From assembly GCA_900617105.1 (NCBI GenBank), contig UYFQ01000511.1:1-64000 (forward strand): a stretch of 64,000 nt of DNA, written 5' to 3'. Source of the stretch: Hydrurus foetidus (taxonomy: Eukaryota). Shown piece by piece: positions 57,238-64,000 of the stretch (its first letter is position 1; each line of letters starts with the position of its first letter). Under the pieces are notes generated by a model. It did not search any database. It worked only from the letters and a program-made list of their open reading frames with translations, and was not told where the DNA came from. The position numbers were made by a program, and so were the translations under genes.

Positions 57238-59361
57238 CAATTCCTCTTGATCATTGTGATATATTATTGTAACTAGTGTTGTATTATGTAATCTGCTCAG
57301 TTGTATTACAATGTCGTCACCAAACCTAATGTTTTATCTTTTACAGACGAATTCAAGGCTATTTTATATGCAAATGATGTCGGTTATAAACGGACTGAGG
57401 AGAAACTGTTTGTGCAGCGTGTTCACAAACTACCGATGCTTCTGTTCCCGAAGGAAACCTTCACCACGTCTATCCTCACAAGCAGAAAAAGACTCATGTA
57501 AGAAAAAAATACAACATCACATTTTCTTGATAGTTATCTGCTACAGTCTTCAGCTGCTTGAATATTTGTGCTCCCTCAGATTAATCGCTGATGACTGTCT
57601 ACGTTTGACGCTAGGAGTGATGCATTCCTTCCCTCTCTATCCTTCCCTACACGTCACACATGTGCACCTTCTAACCATAATGATAAAACACATAGTGACA
57701 GATCCTTTATATTGAATGTTCTAGGGATGTGATGGAGAACGAGGGCAACATGATGGAAGAGGTGAAGAATGCCGGATTGGATCTCTCCGAAATGGAGGAG
57801 TTAAAAACACAACTGAAGCAATACTCGGGAGGTGGGGATGCAATCAGATCTTCTACTGACATGCTGTAAATTGTAGATTGACACATGACATGGTATTGTA
57901 TGATACGTCCTAATATATTTTGAAATGATGAAAACGACGATGCAAAATTTTAGGATTTTGTATGACATCATGTAAAAAAAGATGATGCCGAATCGCATGT
58001 ACGTACGTCATGTCATGTCATGTCATGTCATGGCTTCTGTCCATTCTGCCAACGTCATCGATCTGTGCATCACAATACACGGAAAGTTTTAGGAGTAGTA
58101 GTAAATTGATAGTGCGCAATCCATCTCTCTGTGTGATAACTGCATCGCACAGCATGGCATCATGCCACTCTGTGTCAGACCTCCTCTATCTTCTCTTCCA
58201 TCTTCATCTCTTCCACGTTCCATTTCACTCTTGCATTCACTTCATTTTCTCCTTCAGCATACGCACCCCAGTTCACTCTCCTAGTCTATCTATTTCTGCA
58301 TGGATAATTCTCGCAATGTCTCTGTTTTTTTCAACCGCAGCAACCGGACCTAGAGCGGCTAACGCGGCCAACATTAACATGTCAGCACTGGATAAGTTAG
58401 TGTCACAGAACGACGATGATGAGTATGATGACTCAGACGTTGAGTCAGATTCTGAGAATGTGAAAATGATGAAACAAGAGGGAGAGGAAGAGGAAGATGA
58501 TGAGGAAGATTATCCGTTGAGTCCGGAAGAAATAGAGGCGAATGAAGTGTTCTACAAGTTCATCAACGGTCGGGAGAAGAAAGACATGCCTGAAGGAGAG
58601 TGGGAAAAAATTGTAAGGCATTACTACAGACAGCCAACCACTGAGCTCGAGAGGTAAGAAACTGCCTGATAAGTACATCCCATCTATTGCATGGGCTGAT
58701 GAATGGAGGGGAGGACTTGTGACAGAAATCCACCTCGACACACCATTGTCGTATGCCCTGTCACATATAACTCATGCAATGTGGATGTAACGGGGGTTGA
58801 TGTTTTGATTTTTGATACCATCACTTACCACCCTTGAGGGAAAACTTCTTCTTTTCTTCTCCTTCTATTTTTTGTTCTTCTACTTCTTAATCTTCTTCTT
58901 GTCTTCTTCTTGTATTCTACTTCCTCTAGTCAATCATTCGCCACACCAATGACCACATCACCTACACTTTGTACACTTTATTAACACATTCTGACACTTA
59001 TCTTCCACACCAACAGAGTGAGAGAGTCGTACAGAGGGAGCGAAAGGGAGCGCGCAATGGCGGCCAAAACAGAACTTTCCCTCAGCACCATTAAAGACGA
59101 AATGTGAGTCACATCCGTGAAATCAGATAAAAAAAACTGCTTTTCCTACATTTATAAGTGCCTTGTATTTTGTGTTCTTAATGTGTCACTGACTTTTTTT
59201 CTCCTCTTCAACTGCTTTTCAGCGAGGAGGGTGACATGATTGTGAGAGCGCGTTTATCGGTGTTATATGAACAAAAAGAAGGAGCGAGACGTGCCCATGT
59301 TTGGCAGGAGAGAGGGGTCTGGGGGGACGAGTTGCCCCGCCCTACTCTGAGACTGCTGTAG
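56208..59361 (+). CDS. Mitochondrial ribosomal protein mS23 (MRPS23/Rsm25)-like with long C-terminal extension, ~6 exons
   Basis: N-terminal EPEAYTFMKRYPP and KQYEMMRKGLTEEEAY resemble mS23 motifs; later exons join by GT-AG. Confidence 0.55.
57204..57236. repeat. (CTG)11 intronic microsatellite
   Basis: Follows the GTGAGT donor at ~57196. Confidence 0.9.
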
Positions 59362-59827
59362 ATCCCGATATGTTGCTAGACTGCGCACTCTACTTAGATC
59401 TTCTACTGTAATTAGTAATGACGTGTCACATTTTATTGTTTTTTTCGCTATATTTCGCGTCGAGATTGGAGACAGTTACAATTCTCATCATCATCAAACC
59501 TTCAATCATATCTGTGATCGAAATTTCCAACAGAACATTCATTGGAAGCGATGTGTGGAGGAGGGCAAGAGACTTCTGTCCCTATGGGGGGCGAGATAAG
59601 TGCGTTGCTTAATTTCTTCCTGTTCGTTCAACTTCAAATTGCTCACTCCTATGTCACACTTCGCCATTAAAAATGCGCCAGTCTCTTCAGTCACGTCCAT
59701 CGAAATGAAAGTCAATTTCACCCCTTGATTAAGAAATTTGTAGGCGATATCTGTGAAAGGAAACGTTTGAACGGTGGTCCGAAAGCTGTAATCTTCCAGA
59801 TTCATCTGTTGGATCAAAATATTCATC

Positions 59828-61557
59828 ATGAGAACTATCAGCCAAATCACTGCTGTCTCATTTTTAAACCTTCTAGTATCTGCGATAGGAGGCAGCAGTC
59901 ATCAAAACCTTATCGGGAATGTTTTTGGTGGTGATAAAGCGGTTTCATTCTTTGATTCTAGTACTTCTCAGTTAATAAAAATTGGCAAACATACGAAAGA
60001 CCGATTGGGAAAGATCACTTCATCCTTGGTCAAACATGGGAGACACTCGGACGGAGAGAGCGCCGTCGTAGAAATAGGGAACAATGCTATAACTTCGAAC
60101 AGTCTTATGAATAAACTGAGAGCGAGAGGTGGCGCTCAGAAGAATAAGAAGAAAAAGGTTTTAATCTTGATGAGTGACACTGGAGGAGGTCACCGCGCAT
60201 CGGCTCAAGCGATTGATCGATCAATATCTCAACAAATTCCTGGAAAAGTTGACGTACATGTGATGGACATATGGACTGACCATGCCAAGTGGCCGTTCAA
60301 CAATTTTGTTCCTTACTATCGCTTTCTCGCTAAACATCCCTTGCTATGGAGAGGGATGTACTTATTCGGCAATTTCCCTCCCACTAAGCTCTTCACGGAG
60401 ATGTGGAGCTGGTACAGTTGTTATCCATCATTCAAGAATGCGATAATGCTATCAAATCCCGATTTGGTTGTTTCTGTGCATCCATTATGTCAACTAATGC
60501 CCATTTCTGCTGTGCGAGATATGAACAAAGTCAGGGACCCTCAGAAACTCAAAATCCCCTTCGTGACTGTGGTCACTGATTTAGGTGGGGCGCATTCTAC
60601 ATGGTTTGACAAGAGAACTGATGCGATATTCATTCCAGGAGATGCTGTGAGAAAACTTGCACTTCACAACGGAGTGAATCCGGATAAAATAATTATGAGA
60701 GGTCTGCCTATAAGGCCAGCGTTCTGGCATGCTGCAAAGCCGAAGAAACGACTAAGAAAAGCGCTTGATCTGACCCAGAAAGTGAAGACTGTTCTTCTCA
60801 TGGGTGGAGGGGATGGTGTGGGGGGACTGGACGCCATAACAACTAGCATCGCTAGCACGCTCGGAAAGTCGAAAACGCCCTCTCAAGTCGTTGTTATATG
60901 CGGTCATAACATCCAGACTGGTAATGCTTTAAGAGCAAGAAAATGGCCTGACAGTGTTAGAGTGGTTGTGAAGGGTTTCTGCGAGAATATTGATGAGTAC
61001 ATGGCAGCCAGCGACTGCCTCGTCACTAAGGCGGGTCCAGGGACCATAGCGGAGGCAATGATACAGGGCCTGCCGTGTGTGCTCTCCTCCTTCCTGCCTG
61101 GACAGGTTTGGACTTTGTTTAAATTTTGCTTTAAATTCGTTTATTTGATATTGATTTATTTTTATGGGATAGATCGAGGAGACTTGAGGTTAAACTCAAA
61201 TTATTCATACAATACAATACAGTGCAATATGACGCAACGCAACAGAAATGAATTCTACCTTGATCGCATTCTTTGACGAAATTGAGATTGTTCCACTATT
61301 TATCATCATAGGAGGCAGGGAATGTTCCTTATGTGGTGGACGGAGGTTTCGGAGTATACACAGGAAACAGACCAGAAAAAATAGCAAATACAGTCTACGA
61401 ATTTTTCAATGACGATAATAAATTGAAGAAAATGAGCAAAGTAGCGAAGAGTCTCAGTCGCCCTGAAGCCACCAATTTGATTTCTAAAGATCTGGTTGAC
61501 ATTGTTCTCAGGAAAACAGCTGAACTGCCTAAATTCAAAAATAAAGATGTAATGTAA
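59828..61557 (+). CDS. MGD: Monogalactosyldiacylglycerol synthase (GT28), 2 exons
   Basis: LILMSDTGGGHRASA, SVHPLCQ, VVTDL, GLPIRP, LLMGGG, TKAGPGTIAEA, GQ|EAGN across intron 61106-61311. Confidence 0.95.
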
Positions 61558-62534
61558 TATAATGAAATGCAATTCAAGATTCTAATGATTTGAAATTTTA
61601 TTAACGCACGTATGCAGATGTTTATTATCACTTATTAATTGTCTGAGAGCTATGTCAACAAATATAATACCCGCTTAATTTGATCATCATATGATAATGA
61701 TTATTACTTTTATTGATTCTATTGTTTTCACTGGTTACATAAAAGAGCACTTTGTACAAAGGACAACTTTACTTCTAATTTTTAAATTGAAATATGTTTT
61801 ACAGAATTTATCTGTTGTGTGATCGCACTTAAGCTTGCCAAAACATGTTTTGTTCGTAAGTAAAAAAACGGTAATTTTTGAATCTTTATATTACGCTACG
61901 AAATGACGAGCACTTAATTGTGGAGCACTTATTCCAATAATTCACCTAAAAAATAGCAGACATTTGGATTGTAGAAAAAAAGAGCTTCATTGAATCTAAG
62001 CTATTTTTTATGTTTCGCCGGCAATTACTGCACATTCAATGTCTGATTGCTCTCTGCTATACAACGGCCATGCAAACTGAATCGAATACATATAGAGGCT
62101 TATGTTGAATAGAATATGTATAAAGTCTTATGTTTTATTGATTGTCTAAGTTGATTTCGGACCCATATCACTGCACAGCAAAAAACGCCACACGGACAGC
62201 TTTTCATGTTTCTTTTCACAGACGATGCCACCTCTGATGACGCCACAGATCAAGTATTCTGATTTCTTTTTAGTAATCTAATGCGGCAAGAAGGCCTCGT
62301 CGACCTGGAAAATAAAACGTTTTCGACAATATAAATAAGTCTGTCCTGTTTGAGCGGCCCTACAGGAGGTGATATTATCATCACCTAAGAGATCATCCCC
62401 ATAGGGATCATAGTAGGCTTGCCGACTATTCTCGGCTCTCGGCTCTCTGGTCTAAACTCTAACCGCTCTCTTGGGCTTCTACCTCCAGCTGAGAAATATC
62501 ATATAATGACCAAACCTTTTATGACTGTTGTGTC

Positions 62535-63185
62535 ATGAACCCCAGAACTATTGGCAGATTTGGCGCGCAAGAAATCTCTACTTTGAGACAGAAATGCCTC
62601 CTATATCCGAGTCAGATTATTCCAATGTCGGGCGATATTCCGAAGATTGATTTGTCGGCGACAAGAAAAAGGGCCGCCGTACTCATACCACTTTGCAATT
62701 TCAAAGGCTCATTGTCTGTAATATTTACTCTCAGATCAGCTACAGTTGGAACGCACAGAAGCCAGGTGTCCTTTCCAGGTGGGCACATCAATGAAGGAGA
62801 ATCAGATGTTGAAGCAGCGATTCGTGAGACACGCGAGGAATTAGGCGCGAATGTTGGTCGAATTGAGATCCTAGGACAATGCCAACTTGTTCATGCCACT
62901 ACTGGGACGACTGTTACACCCGTATTGGGTTTTCTGTGTGAGGAATTCACGGACTACAGTTTATTTGAACCAAATGCGAGTGAAGTAGACAGAGTATTCA
63001 TACGATCTTTAGATCAGTTAATGGATCCATCGTATAACACTACTGAGCAATACCAACGCAACGGAAAGACCACAACTCTGCCTGTATTCGGACCAAACGA
63101 AGGAGTTGAAAGAATATGGGGACTGACTGCATTTATTCTGAAAGGGGTTCTACGTCACATTCTAATGGACTTCCCAAAAACTTGA
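62535..63185 (+). CDS. Nudix hydrolase, CoA pyrophosphatase type (NUDT7/NUDT8-like)
   Basis: AAVLIPL, FTLRS...H..QVSFPGG, Nudix box GHINEGESDVEAAIRETREELG, IWGLTA. Confidence 0.92.
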   Translation: MNPRTIGRFGAQEISTLRQKCLLYPSQIIPMSGDIPKIDLSATRKRAAVLIPLCNFKGSLSVIFTLRSATVGTHRSQVSFPGGHINEGESDVEAAIRETREELGANVGRIEILGQCQLVHATTGTTVTPVLGFLCEEFTDYSLFEPNASEVDRVFIRSLDQLMDPSYNTTEQYQRNGKTTTLPVFGPNEGVERIWGLTAFILKGVLRHILMDFPKT

Positions 63186-63657
63186 GACGTACTAGTGTTC
63201 TCATTAACGACCAGTTGACTTTTATTCAAGTTGCGCCGGACCTCAGCATCTGTTTGACGGTAGTTTCGACCTCACTTCTCTCCGGGATAAGATGAGATGG
63301 ACGAAAGTCAAGCCATCTTTTCTTTTCCCTTTTCTAATTTATCGTCTAATTGAGGATCCTTACTCGGGTACTGTCATTACATCGACAAAAGCACATCAGT
63401 CTACAGCTCTTCAGAAAGTGTTCAATGTAACCACATATTCTAGTCATGGTCACAGAGGAAGACCTTTCAGGAGTAGCGATCAGGGTATAAGCCACCACTG
63501 AGCTGTACCGCTCAGTATCGCTTTGCGCTGGACTAAACTGCATTAAAGAGATCAAAGTTGCTCAGAATAGCGATGCAGTTTGTTACATTACAGAGTCCCG
63601 CACTAAATACATTGGAGAACTCAAATAACGAATTCTGCCACATTTATTCTTTATTCT

Positions 63658-63995
63658 CTATCTAGCACCGAAACCGCCCCCACCTCCTCGAGATGGTTTC
63701 ACTTTTCTATCTTTCTTTTCTTGTGCCTGTTTGGCCTTGAGGGTCTGCATTGGTGCATTTGGATCTGCCTCCATCGCGTTCATATCCATGCCCTGAAGGG
63801 GAGATTTCAAGGAGCATCAAATTGATATCATGAAACCATAAAATAATGCTCATTATATTGCTTAATAAGATATATTCACGTAAGCAATAATAAAATGCTT
63901 CAGTAAGATGTGATTTATTGGTAACAATCAGGTACCTTCAAGTTCTTCATCATCATTTTTCTCATTCCGCTGAACTCTTGGATGAAAGCGTCAAT
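63658..63995 (-). CDS. Last two exons of a probable plastid SRP54/Ffh
   Basis: IDAFIQEFSGMRKMMMK resembles the end of the M domain; Met-rich linker and basic tail ending GFGAR*. The rest lies outside the window. Confidence 0.5.
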
Positions 63996-64000
63996 CTAGG

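Noticed and set aside
57196..57272. Poly-Leu transmembrane tail on ORF 56208-57272
   Set aside because: It is an intronic (CTG)11 following a GTGAGT donor.

Overview
Eukaryotic, intron-rich genomic DNA, most likely from a photosynthetic stramenopile (inferred from an MGDG synthase, a chlorophyllase-like gene, a cpSRP54-like tail and signal-peptide-led organellar proteins). The first ~22.5 kb is a nested transposon pile. A decayed minus-strand Mutator/MULE transposase can be re-joined across two LTR retrotransposons: a Ty1/copia element (4902-13519, TSD CAACC) and a chromodomain Ty3/gypsy element (14857-21873, TSD ATAG, identical 196-bp LTRs). The MULE 3' part abuts a second, 3'-truncated chromoviral gypsy element. 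The remaining ~41 kb holds about 12 host genes: a small two-TM protein, EngB/YihA GTPase, SEC-C/YchJ, MsrB-like, a Cys-less pentameric ligand-gated ion channel (pLGIC), RlmM/FtsJ methyltransferase, USP deubiquitinase, chlorophyllase-like hydrolase, mS23-like, MGDG synthase, a CoA-type Nudix and a cpSRP54 C-terminus. Most notable: (i) a pLGIC with no visible signal peptide and two IQ calmodulin-binding motifs after M4, suggesting inverted topology; (ii) a copia element with a CCCH finger, an unrecognised ~240-aa domain, an HSDD RT motif and an in-frame TGA between protease and integrase; (iii) a gypsy element with a palindrome in place of a tRNA primer-binding site (PBS); (iv) a two-hairpin 3' UTR motif shared by both gypsy elements. 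All calls are by eye; no database search was run and exon models are manual.
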